Origin: Polyangiaceae bacterium
GTDB lineage: Bacteria; Myxococcota_A; Polyangia; Polyangiales; Polyangiaceae
DNA length: 64,000 nt
Direction of reading: 5' to 3'
Assembly (NCBI GenBank): GCA_050287085.1
Contig: JBNKBE010000004.1
Coordinates: forward strand, 96,288 to 160,287
Part shown: piece by piece, positions 49,178 through 57,930 of the stretch
How positions within the stretch are numbered: position 1 is the stretch's first letter
Layout of the letters: the number at the start of each line of letters is the position of its first letter
Translations under genes and position numbers: made by a program
The notes under the pieces: generated by a model
Databases searched by the model: none
Seen by the model: the letters and a program-made list of their open reading frames with translations, nothing else
Told to the model about the DNA's origin: nothing

Positions 49178-51664
49178 ATGATGAACGACAGATTTAGACT
49201 GCTGCTGCTGCCGTTGCTTTGGCTGAGCGCCGCGGCGCTCGCGTTCGGCTGTAGCACGGACGCAAAGAAGGCTGACGGCGACGGCCCAGGCTGCCCGAGC
49301 GAGTACAGCTTGTGCTCGACGCCGACTCAGGACCAATGCGTCAACTTGCAGCTCGACGCCAAGAACTGCGGCAGCTGTGGTCAGCAGTGTGGTGCGGGCC
49401 AAGTCTGTAGTGCTGGTCAGTGCGCGTGTCCGGTGGGCAAAGAGCTCTGTGGAGATACGTGTGTTGACATTGCAATAGATCCGAACAACTGCGGCGTCTG
49501 CGGAAAGTCCTGCGCAGCGGAGGGTGCCAGCTTCTGCTCTTCGGGCGCGTGCACCAACGAATGTGGAGCGCCCAACAGCATTTGCGCCAGCGGGGCTACG
49601 GCGTTGTGCGTCGACCTGCAATCGAGCGTCGACAACTGTGGCGGCTGCGGAAAGACCTGCGGCGGCGCCCAGAGCTGTAGTGCGGGTAGCTGCGCGTGCG
49701 CCGACGGATCACCGGCGTGTGGTGCTGAGTGCTGCGGCGCTGGGCAAGAGTGCAACGCCGCGGGTACGGCCTGTGTGGCGGTCAGCGCAAACGGTGGCGC
49801 TGGCGGCGGCGGCGGCGGCAACGGCGGCGGCGGGATGTCCAACGGCGGAATGTCCAACGGCGGAGCCGCTCCAAAGCCCGTGGACGACCGCGAATGCCCT
49901 GCGGCCAGCGACGGCGTGATCGTCGACTTCGAAGAAGGCTCAGCGGCGGTGTTGCCGCTCGAAGGTCGCCAAGGCGCCTTCGAACCCTACGGCGATCCGG
50001 ATGGCACCTTTTCCGTCGCTGAGATCGAAGAAGAGGGCGCTGAAGCCTGCAATAAGGGGGTTTTTCACGCCGCGGGCTCGGGGTTCAGCACCTACGTGGG
50101 CGTGGGTACGACCTTTGCCTCCTCCGGGGTGGTGGACGAGGAATACGTACCCGTTCAATACGACGCGAAGTCCCGGGGCTACGTGGGGGTTGCCTTCCGC
50201 GCCAAGGCCGGGCCGCAACAACAAGGCCCGGTTCGTATCAGCTTGTCCATTCCTTCATCCGAGGGTGAGCCTCACGGGGACGGCACCTGCGGGACGGACG
50301 AGGGCGAGCAATGCTGGAACCACTTGGGGCATTTTCTCATCGACGACGAGGCTCTCGGCTCCGAGTGGAAAGACTACACCTTGTGTTTCGATGATCTGCA
50401 CACGATGTGGGTGCCCGGTACCGTGCAGCCACCCGCGCGCGCCAAGCTGCCGGAGCAACTGCTGAAGTTCCAGGTGCAGTTCAACCAGGGTTTTGATCCA
50501 GCGACCACGAAGCAATACCCGTATTCCCAGTCTTTCGACTTCTACATCGACGACATCAGCTTCGTCAAAGACGGCTGCCCAAGGCCGTCACCCTTCGAGT
50601 CGTCACCGAATACCACACAGCCTTTCGGCAGCAATATGCCGGTGGGTACGTGCATGCCGGTGCCCAATGCGGCCGTTCATAACACGGAGATTGCCCAGGC
50701 CTACCTCCGCTGGAAGAGCACTTTTGTGGGCGCAGATGGCACCGTTTTCGACCCTGAGCAGGGCAACCGCGTCATCTCCGAAGGCATCGGCTACGGCATG
50801 TTGTTGTCCGCCGCGATGGGTGACAAGGAGCTTTTCGACCGGATCTGGGGTTGGGCGGAAGGCAAGATGGGGGGCGGCTTGCTCGGTTGGGACAATGGCA
50901 ACTCGGGCTCAGGCTCCGCTACCGACGCTGACACCGACATGGCGTACGCCTTGTACATGGCCGATCACCAGTGGGGGGGCTACGCGGCCGCAGCCGCTGA
51001 CCTTGCGACCAAGGCGGCCGCAGCAGATCTCGATGGCACCAACCTGAAGGCGGGTAGCCAATTCAACGCGGGCAACCCAAGTTACTTCTCTCCCGGCTTC
51101 TACCGCAAGCTCGGTGGCGCGTGGGCGTCGGTGGTGGGCCCGGGTTATCAGTGGATGGATTCCTGCGACAGCAGCTTTGGCGGGGGTCAGAACGGCATCA
51201 TCTCCGACTGGTGTGACTTCGGTGGCAACGCCGTGTCATCATCCTCCACCGGGGCCAACGTCACGAGCGAGACCTGTCCCAATAGCGGCGAGGCATGCTC
51301 CGCCTACGACGCCTCGCGGATCCCTTGGCGGGTGGGTTATGACCTCTGCTTCAACGCCCAAGGAGCAGCGCTGGCCGCGCGCATGGTGCAAACCTATCAG
51401 GACCGTTTTCAACGCTTGGACTTGGCTCAGGCGGGGATCAGTCCCAGTGGTAGCCCCTACGAGGATCTCCAGGGAAGCGAGATGGCTGTGATCGGATCTC
51501 TGGCGGTAGCCGCTTGGGCCACCAACAACGTCGCTGCTCGTGATGTAGCGTTCTACGCAACGCTCGATATCTTGCAGCGCCCTGAGTACTACAAGACCTA
51601 TTACTCCACCACTCTGGGATTGTTGACGATGACCTTGATGACGGGCAACTGGCCCGCGCCTTAG
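49178..51664 (+). CDS. Lipoprotein: Cys-rich (Stig1-like) repeats, carbohydrate-binding-like module and glycoside hydrolase family 8 domain
   Basis: Lipobox AFGC; CVD...D..NCG.CG repeats; GH8 motifs SEGIGYGML, SATDAD.DMAYAL, NPSYFSP, YDASRIPWR. Confidence 0.85.
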   Translation: MMNDRFRLLLLPLLWLSAAALAFGCSTDAKKADGDGPGCPSEYSLCSTPTQDQCVNLQLDAKNCGSCGQQCGAGQVCSAGQCACPVGKELCGDTCVDIAIDPNNCGVCGKSCAAEGASFCSSGACTNECGAPNSICASGATALCVDLQSSVDNCGGCGKTCGGAQSCSAGSCACADGSPACGAECCGAGQECNAAGTACVAVSANGGAGGGGGGNGGGGMSNGGMSNGGAAPKPVDDRECPAASDGVIVDFEEGSAAVLPLEGRQGAFEPYGDPDGTFSVAEIEEEGAEACNKGVFHAAGSGFSTYVGVGTTFASSGVVDEEYVPVQYDAKSRGYVGVAFRAKAGPQQQGPVRISLSIPSSEGEPHGDGTCGTDEGEQCWNHLGHFLIDDEALGSEWKDYTLCFDDLHTMWVPGTVQPPARAKLPEQLLKFQVQFNQGFDPATTKQYPYSQSFDFYIDDISFVKDGCPRPSPFESSPNTTQPFGSNMPVGTCMPVPNAAVHNTEIAQAYLRWKSTFVGADGTVFDPEQGNRVISEGIGYGMLLSAAMGDKELFDRIWGWAEGKMGGGLLGWDNGNSGSGSATDADTDMAYALYMADHQWGGYAAAAADLATKAAAADLDGTNLKAGSQFNAGNPSYFSPGFYRKLGGAWASVVGPGYQWMDSCDSSFGGGQNGIISDWCDFGGNAVSSSSTGANVTSETCPNSGEACSAYDASRIPWRVGYDLCFNAQGAALAARMVQTYQDRFQRLDLAQAGISPSGSPYEDLQGSEMAVIGSLAVAAWATNNVAARDVAFYATLDILQRPEYYKTYYSTTLGLLTMTLMTGNWPAP

Positions 51665-51683
51665 GTTCTCGTAGCTAGATAGG

Positions 51684-51716
51684 AGAGCCATGCTCCCCAT
51701 GCGGGAGCGCGGCTCT
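51684..51716. terminator. Hairpin between the convergent GH8 and Cys-rich lipoprotein genes
   Basis: AGAGCC.TGCTCCC-CATGC-GGGAGCG.GGCTCT inverted repeat; weak U-tract. Confidence 0.45.
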
Positions 51717-51813
51717 TGACCCTTTGGCGCCCCGCTGGCTCTTCCGTCAGCGGGGCGTTGGCGCGTGCGCCGTTTCGTGCGCTAGGAGCGAGTGATGCGC
51801 TGAGCCTGCCGCT

Positions 51814-53358
51814 TCAGTACCAGCACACGGACAGACCGTCGAGCAGCCCCGCACCCCCACCCAGGTAGGGCCGGCACTCCCCCTCTTCGCAGGGGTCGTT
51901 GGGGGAACAAACGACGAGATCATAGAAGCCCATGTACGTATCTCGATCTGCGCATTCTTCCCGCGTGGTGCACGTGACCAGGTCGCGAACGGTGGCGCCC
52001 GTCACGTGGACGCAGCATATCTCGTCAGAATGGCAGTCACTGTGGGCATCGCATTCGACGGCGTCCGCCCCGTGCAGCGAGCCCCCCGCTTGGTGGCCAC
52101 AGGCCTCTGGTCCGTCGGTGGTGCAGAAGGGCTCTGCGCGCCTGGCGCAGCAGGTTTCCCCGGTATGGCAAACGACGTTGTAGCCTGCGTTGCAGGTGAA
52201 CGCGCCGCGCGTGTTGCGGGTGTCGAGGCAGTCACCCTCGTAGCAGAGAAAGTCACAGCTCGTATGTTCGATGACGCCTCGAACGCAGTGAGCGAGCACG
52301 CCGCCCTTCCACTCGAGATTCCAGCCATCCCACTCTGGGGGCTCACACCAGTCGGCGCTTCCAGGAATACAAGCCACACAGTCGCCTCCGTGGCATAGGG
52401 GCGCCGAGCTCGGGCAGGTCCGCGCGACCCAGGTGCCAGCGAGGCATTCGAGACGTGTGCCTTCGCCCTCACAACGCGTCGAGCCATTGTCGCACACGCA
52501 GCGCCCTTCCACTGCGTCGCAGAGGGGGGTTGTGTCCTCGCAGGTGGCTACAGCATTCCAGCTCCCGCTTTCGCATCGTTCAAGGCGTGGCTTGGCGAGA
52601 CCCTGGCAGCGAAATGTGCCCTCAGCGCATGCGCACGCGCCGGTCTCTTGATTGCAAATCGGCGTGTCGTTCGAGCAAGGGGCTTGGGCAACCCACCGGT
52701 CATCGCGGCACACTAGGGGTGTTGTGCCCGAGCATCGAGTGGACAATCCGGCCTCGGTGCTGCACTCAACACAACTCGATCCCTGGCATACGGGCGTGCT
52801 CCCCTCGCAGGCGCTGGCCTGGAATTCCCCGTATTCGTTGCAGGTCTCGACAGCGCTCAGATCTGCGGAGCACTGCTCTTGGCCCGCAGAGCAGGTGCCG
52901 CAGGTTCCGGTGGCCGTCAGGCACACCGGGCTCTTGCCCTCGCAGCGCTCGGCGAGTTCATAGCTTCCGTCGGCGTTGCACTCGTAGCTCGCAGCGCTTC
53001 GGCAGATCGGCGGCGACTGGCCCGGCTCACATTCTAGGCACCGCGTGCCCCCGCAGAAGGGGGTGTCTTTGGGGCAGGTCATCGTTTTCCATCGGCCCTC
53101 GGCACATACCCGCAGGGTTGCTGGATCAAGGCAAGTCTTGTCGCTGGGGGCGCACGTTGCGCCGGCGTCTCGGACCCAGGGCGTACCGGCGTCGCTGGGT
53201 TCATTGCGAATGCGGCCTGGGCCAGCGTCCGCGGCAGCGTCTGCTGGGGTGAGCGTTTCTGTCCACTCAAAGGGACCTGGATCGCACGCCAGCGCAGCCA
53301 GAAGCCCCAAGGGCCAGGCCGCGAAGGCCGGCAATAGGTGAAGGGAACGCACGCTCAT
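51814..53358 (-). CDS. Cys-rich repeat lipoprotein
   Basis: Lipobox LAALAC; about 8 repeats of C..G..RC.G....C..G.W....C....P.C; ATG overlaps the PAAR stop (ATGA). Confidence 0.8.
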   Translation of the reverse strand: MSVRSLHLLPAFAAWPLGLLAALACDPGPFEWTETLTPADAAADAGPGRIRNEPSDAGTPWVRDAGATCAPSDKTCLDPATLRVCAEGRWKTMTCPKDTPFCGGTRCLECEPGQSPPICRSAASYECNADGSYELAERCEGKSPVCLTATGTCGTCSAGQEQCSADLSAVETCNEYGEFQASACEGSTPVCQGSSCVECSTEAGLSTRCSGTTPLVCRDDRWVAQAPCSNDTPICNQETGACACAEGTFRCQGLAKPRLERCESGSWNAVATCEDTTPLCDAVEGRCVCDNGSTRCEGEGTRLECLAGTWVARTCPSSAPLCHGGDCVACIPGSADWCEPPEWDGWNLEWKGGVLAHCVRGVIEHTSCDFLCYEGDCLDTRNTRGAFTCNAGYNVVCHTGETCCARRAEPFCTTDGPEACGHQAGGSLHGADAVECDAHSDCHSDEICCVHVTGATVRDLVTCTTREECADRDTYMGFYDLVVCSPNDPCEEGECRPYLGGGAGLLDGLSVCWY

Positions 53359-53735
53359 GGGCCGATGAGAACGCTTGGGCAGCCGGCGATGACGCGGCCG
53401 CCTTGGCTCGTCGAATCGTTCTGCCGTGCTGCGGGCTTGCCGCCGATCAGAACCGACGAAGACCCTGTTATGATGGTGTCCTGGCCGTGGGTGCAGCCTG
53501 CCTGATCGCCGAGCCGCGCTGCGGGTTTGCCACATAGAAGAACGCGTGGGTCGCCCGTGAGCACGGGCCCTGCGCCACGCGGAACCGGGGTAGGGACCCC
53601 CAGCGGGCCAGATACGACGTGAACGCCACCGCAAGTGTGGGCGTCACCAACGCGAGCGGCTGGCCCGCTGCTGGAGGTGGCGGTGGCGGTGAGTAGGGCG
53701 GCAAGTGCAAGCCAAAAAACGTGTTTGGGCGTCAT
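53355..53735 (-). CDS. PAAR-repeat spike-tip protein with N-terminal signal peptide
   Basis: Three motifs PAARVGD, PAARLGD, PAARQND and C-terminal GCPSVLIG; preceded by MTPKHVFWLALAALLTATATSSSG; AAGGAAG RBS. Confidence 0.9.
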   Translation of the reverse strand: MTPKHVFWLALAALLTATATSSSGPAARVGDAHTCGGVHVVSGPLGVPTPVPRGAGPVLTGDPRVLLCGKPAARLGDQAGCTHGQDTIITGSSSVLIGGKPAARQNDSTSQGGRVIAGCPSVLIGP

Positions 53736-53746
53736 AGCACTTCCTT

Positions 53747-54118
53747 TCAGTTCAGCTTGATGAGGCCGCCGCGTACCTCAACCAACGACTGGCCCCGGAG
53801 TTCAAGGGTGGTGCTGGCTTCGACCTGCAGCTTTGAGCCGGCGTGCAGCTTGGTTTCCGCACCGGACTCCACCTTGAGGTGTCGCCCAGCCTTCAGTGTT
53901 AGGTCGCGTCCGGCCTCGATGGTCAAGGAATCGCCCTGAATCATCAGGAATCGGCGCAGTGTCGCATTCTCCTCTTCCAGTCGAGCCACCCGACTCTGCA
54001 GGGCGACCAATGCCGGATCGGAGGGGGTGGGACGCCCAGCGATCCGCGGCGCCGCTCCGGCCACCGCCGCCGCTGCCAAGGCCAAACAAAAAGTTCCGAC
54101 GACTGCCGATCGCATCAT
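53747..54118 (-). CDS. Signal peptide + coiled coil + gp5/VgrG C-terminal-like beta-helix (mini-spike)
   Basis: MMRSAVVGTFCLALAAAAVAGA; LVALQSRVARLEEENATL heptads; 8-residue repeats LTIEAGRD/LTLKAGRH/LKVESGAE/TKLHAGSK/LQVEASTT/LELRGQSL ending GGLIKLN; GGAGGAG RBS. Confidence 0.75.
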   Translation of the reverse strand: MMRSAVVGTFCLALAAAAVAGAAPRIAGRPTPSDPALVALQSRVARLEEENATLRRFLMIQGDSLTIEAGRDLTLKAGRHLKVESGAETKLHAGSKLQVEASTTLELRGQSLVEVRGGLIKLN

Positions 54119-54249
54119 TGACGTACTCCTCCGCTGGCCAACGTTCAGAAACGTTCGGCCCAAGGCCCCTAGGATACCCGTCAGAGGCAGGCTTGTGTAG
54201 CCCGCTCTCCAAGTAAGCCCCCAGCTAACGCCGAGAAGGAGGGCTACGC

Positions 54250-56025
54250 CTATTCGTCCGAGAGTGGGATCGGGATCCAGAACAGCTTGGCTTCGGTTTT
54301 GCGCCCGTCACGCTCGTAGCCAACAAGACCGAATAGGATATCCCACCAATGGCCGCGCCGAGTCTCGCCGAAGCCGAACGCGGGCAGGACGTGCACGCTC
54401 CAATTGTCTTTGCGCGTTGTCTTGCGCTCACGGTAGAGCACGTTGCCCATCAACTGGGTCAGGCTGTCGGGCCGCGCGAAGCGCCAGAATACCGGGAAGA
54501 CAACCGTCGTGCGCTCCGTGGGATCGTCGAAGTCGAAGAGAAGCGGCGCCAGCACGCGGTGCGAGCTCGTTCTGTCGCGCCCGAAGTAGGCGAGCGGAAA
54601 TAGGTTGAGGTTCCAACCGGTAATGCTCGTCTCGTAGTTGAATAGCGGCGTGATCCAGCGGCTGTGGGATAGACTGTGGCGCTTGAAACTGCCGTAAAAA
54701 GGGAACACAGCCCAGCTGTCTTCGCGCGGGCTTTGGTAGGAATAGTAGAACGGCAGGATCCACTTCTGGTCGATGCCTGCTGCCGGCTCGCGGTAGAGCC
54801 ACACCAAGGGCGAGAACATGTCGAGTTCTCGGCGTCCGCGGTGACGAGCGTAGCCCCACGTGGCAAAAGTCGTGTCGCCAGCTTCGCCCCGGCGGGAGAG
54901 GTAGAACGGATTAATGAAGAGCTCTGCCGACTTGTCCCAGCTGTAGTGAAAGAAAGGAAGCAGCGTCGTGCTGCGCCGATCTTTGCCCCAACTGCTCCAG
55001 TACAAAGGCATTAGGTGGAGGCTGTCGGCGTCGGGCCCGTGCTCGCGGTAGTACGGACCCCAGACATCGAGCTCGGTTTCAGCGTCGAGGTCGGCGCCGT
55101 GATAGTGCAGCAGCGGGGGGATCAGCCGGTAGTTGCTGGTGTCGTCCCGGCCGGCGAAATAGAAGGGCGCCACCCCCAAGTCTCGTTCGGTGGTCTCCGA
55201 CGAGAAGCAACCGTCACCCTTCTTCCAGGAACAGAAGCCTGGACCAAAGAGGTTGAGACCCCCCTCCGCGTCCTGGCTCATGTAGGTGAGCAGGGGCGGT
55301 ATAACTGCGTAGCCACCATCTGGGCGCGTGCCGAAAAAGTAGAGGGGAGCCAGCCAATCATCGCTCTTGCCCTGGCCGCGCCGATTCAGGAATGGACCGA
55401 CGAGGGTCGTGCGACTCTCGGCGTCACGCAGATTCCAAAAAACGGGGAAGACGATATCGTCAGCTCGCTCAGCGCTGCGGCGGTTGTAATACAGCCCGCC
55501 CCATAGCGAGGCTCTGTCGGGGACCGCTGGATCAGCCAGGCTTGGCTGCTGACGCTCAAACCACAAGGGAAATGCGGTACGCAGCTGATAGCTACCGCTC
55601 TTCTCCTGGTAGTACAGCCCGTAGAAGTCGCGCTCCGCAAACCCGCTCCGGCCCCGCTCGGCGTTGTTGTCGACGGTATCTGTGCCAAGCTGAGCGAGCA
55701 GCTCATCGCTCAAGGCCAAAGGATCCGCCGGCAAGCTCGGCTCACTGCCTTCGGGCAGCGTCGTTTGCCCGCTGCCGGATGCGGCGTGCAGTTCTGGGGT
55801 TCCCGGGGGCGCTTTGCTCTGACCTTTCCCCTTGGAGGGGCGCGCCGAACCACCGCCCGGACTTGCCAAGGGATCTTGCCCAAGGCCCGCGCCTCCAATC
55901 CCGCGATTGAAGGGGTCGTTTTGAGCCCAGGCTTGGGCTTGGGGAAGCAAGGCCCAAACCAGAGCCGACGCTGCCACGCGACAACACGCCCACCGGGAAC
56001 GCCGCAGTCGGCGGTGCTTCACCAC
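54250..56025 (-). CDS. Exported protein with many aromatic-rich beta-hairpin repeats (probable outer-membrane protein)
   Basis: Signal-like ALVWALLPQAQAWAQ; about 20 repeats of (L/F)xP(L/F)(F/Y)(W/Y); C-terminal LFWIPI. Confidence 0.7.
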   Translation of the reverse strand: MVKHRRLRRSRWACCRVAASALVWALLPQAQAWAQNDPFNRGIGGAGLGQDPLASPGGGSARPSKGKGQSKAPPGTPELHAASGSGQTTLPEGSEPSLPADPLALSDELLAQLGTDTVDNNAERGRSGFAERDFYGLYYQEKSGSYQLRTAFPLWFERQQPSLADPAVPDRASLWGGLYYNRRSAERADDIVFPVFWNLRDAESRTTLVGPFLNRRGQGKSDDWLAPLYFFGTRPDGGYAVIPPLLTYMSQDAEGGLNLFGPGFCSWKKGDGCFSSETTERDLGVAPFYFAGRDDTSNYRLIPPLLHYHGADLDAETELDVWGPYYREHGPDADSLHLMPLYWSSWGKDRRSTTLLPFFHYSWDKSAELFINPFYLSRRGEAGDTTFATWGYARHRGRRELDMFSPLVWLYREPAAGIDQKWILPFYYSYQSPREDSWAVFPFYGSFKRHSLSHSRWITPLFNYETSITGWNLNLFPLAYFGRDRTSSHRVLAPLLFDFDDPTERTTVVFPVFWRFARPDSLTQLMGNVLYRERKTTRKDNWSVHVLPAFGFGETRRGHWWDILFGLVGYERDGRKTEAKLFWIPIPLSDE

Positions 56026-56198
56026 CCGTGGGGCTCCGAGCCAAAGTCGTGGGTGCAGGATGCTGTCACAGGGCCTCGAACGAGCATGCGCTTATCGTTT
56101 GCGAGGGCACGTTGGTCAAGCGTTCGCTCCCCGGCGTCCGGAAGCTTTCTGGTCAATTGGCCAGCCGTCGTGGGTGTGCTACGCAGCGGCCTTCAGAC

Positions 56199-56624
56199 GT
56201 GAGAGTCGCTGGAATTGACTATGGCCGTGCGCGCGTGGGCGTTGCAGTGAGCGACGAGCTGGGCTTGTTGGCGCATCCGAGACCCTATCTCGACGCTGGC
56301 AGCTTGAAGCTCGTGCTCTCACAGCTACGCGTGCTTGCGCGCGAAGAACAGCTGGAGCGCTTCATCGTGGGGCTGCCCCGCAGGCTCAATGGGCGCGAAG
56401 GGGCTTCCGCTCGGCGGGTGCGGCGTTTCGCGGAGTTGCTCGGCAGCGAAACGGGCGTTCCCGTTACATTGGTCGACGAGTGGCTGTCCACCCGCGAGGC
56501 TCAGGCGCGACTGCACGAGGGAGGCCTCGACGAAAGGGCGTCGCGGGCTCGGATCGATAGTGCGTCTGCGGCGGTCATCTTGCAGAGCTGGCTCTCCCAG
56601 CAACAGCGCGAAGGTGGCGAGTAA
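56199..56624 (+). CDS. ruvX: Holliday junction resolvase-like / pre-16S rRNA maturation nuclease RuvX (YqgF)
   Basis: VAGIDYGRARVGVAVSD, IVGLP, DEWLST, IDSASAAVILQSWL. Confidence 0.93.
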   Translation: MRVAGIDYGRARVGVAVSDELGLLAHPRPYLDAGSLKLVLSQLRVLAREEQLERFIVGLPRRLNGREGASARRVRRFAELLGSETGVPVTLVDEWLSTREAQARLHEGGLDERASRARIDSASAAVILQSWLSQQQREGGE

Positions 56625-57807
56625 GCGCGGCGCGCGCGTCCGTAGCGCACCACAACCGCGCGCGCGGCGCGCGCGGACAGCGGCCTCATCCAAGCGGCGG
56701 CTGCGTCCCCTCCGGCTGATTGGGCGATGGGGACTTGCGGCGCTCATCTTTCCCTCCGTGGCGTGGGGGGCGCTTCTTTTCTGGGGTCAGCGGGCACCCT
56801 CCCAAGCTGCCAGCGCCGGTGAGCATCACGAGCTTGTCCTCTTGGAAGGTGGCACGTACGCCGCGGGCCAGGCGCTAGCGATGCGGGGCTGGATTGCGAG
56901 CCCTTGGTTGTTCCAAGCCTACGCGCTGCTCGTGGAGCCTTGGCAGAGGCCGACGCCCGGACGCCATTGGATATCTGCTGAACGCTCGCCGAGCGCTTGG
57001 TTGCGGTTGCTTTCGCGCGGTCGCGGACGGCCAGCGCGGCGTGTTCTGCTGCCCGAAGGGGAGAATCTATTCGAGGTGGCGGCGCGCCTCGCACGCGCCG
57101 GGATCTGCTCTGAAGCCGCCTTTGTCGAAGTCGCCCTGGGCGCAGCACCTCCGGCAACGTCGGCGGAGGGATACCTTTACCCGGCAACCTACGAGTTTTG
57201 GGAGAACACGCCGCCGGAGCGAGTTGCCGGCCGCTTGCGGGCGGAAGCTGAACGCCGATTTGAGCTCTTGTTCAAGGAACAGCAGGTGGCGGCGGCAGCG
57301 GTGCAGCGTCAGCTTGGCTTGACCCGGCGGGAGCTTGTCGTGTTGGCTTCGATGGTGGAGGAGGAGGCGCACCGTCCGGACGAGATGGGGCGCATCGCGC
57401 GGGTCTTTCTCAATCGTCTGAGCGATCCTGAGTTTCGTCCGCGGCGTATGTTGCAGAGCGACCCCACCGCCGGGTACGGGTGCCGTCTGAAGCCAGAGCT
57501 GTCGAGCTGCGCGGCATTCAACGGACGCATCACCCCACAACTCTTGCGCGACGCGCTGAACCCCTACAACACCTACCGTCATCCGGGGCTGCCGCCTGGA
57601 CCGATCACGTCGCCCAGCGTGCGGGCGCTGCGCGCGGTAGTGCTCGCGCCGGAGGACTCCGCGCTCTTTTTTGTCGCGAACGGCCAGGGCGGACACCACT
57701 TCAGTCGCACCTTGAGCGAACATCGCTTGGCGACGCGGCGGGCGAAGGCGAGCGAGTCCGCCGGGGCAACAGGCGCTTCCGTCACTCCGTCCGCGGGCAC
57801 CGAATGA
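56614..57807 (+). CDS. mltG: Endolytic peptidoglycan transglycosylase MltG
   Basis: LPEG, EGYLYPATY, LASMVEEE, VFLNRL, LQSDPT, PYNTYRHPGLPPGPITSP, LFFVA..G.H.FS. Confidence 0.92.
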   Translation: MASKRGARVRSAPQPRARRARTAASSKRRLRPLRLIGRWGLAALIFPSVAWGALLFWGQRAPSQAASAGEHHELVLLEGGTYAAGQALAMRGWIASPWLFQAYALLVEPWQRPTPGRHWISAERSPSAWLRLLSRGRGRPARRVLLPEGENLFEVAARLARAGICSEAAFVEVALGAAPPATSAEGYLYPATYEFWENTPPERVAGRLRAEAERRFELLFKEQQVAAAAVQRQLGLTRRELVVLASMVEEEAHRPDEMGRIARVFLNRLSDPEFRPRRMLQSDPTAGYGCRLKPELSSCAAFNGRITPQLLRDALNPYNTYRHPGLPPGPITSPSVRALRAVVLAPEDSALFFVANGQGGHHFSRTLSEHRLATRRAKASESAGATGASVTPSAGTE

Positions 57808-57930
57808 GCTAGACCAGGGGCTCCCAGCCCGCTCGCCTCGGTCCTGCTGTTGCCCGCGCCTCCGCTGGGCGTGAGGGCGCTCTGGCCGTTTCGGTTGAAA
57901 GCGCTGCGCAGGTGTACTACTAGCGAGCCC

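Noticed and set aside
53355..54118. Canonical T6SS, eCIS or prophage tail locus
   Set aside because: No tube, sheath, baseplate, TssJLM or full VgrG genes nearby, and both proteins carry signal peptides.
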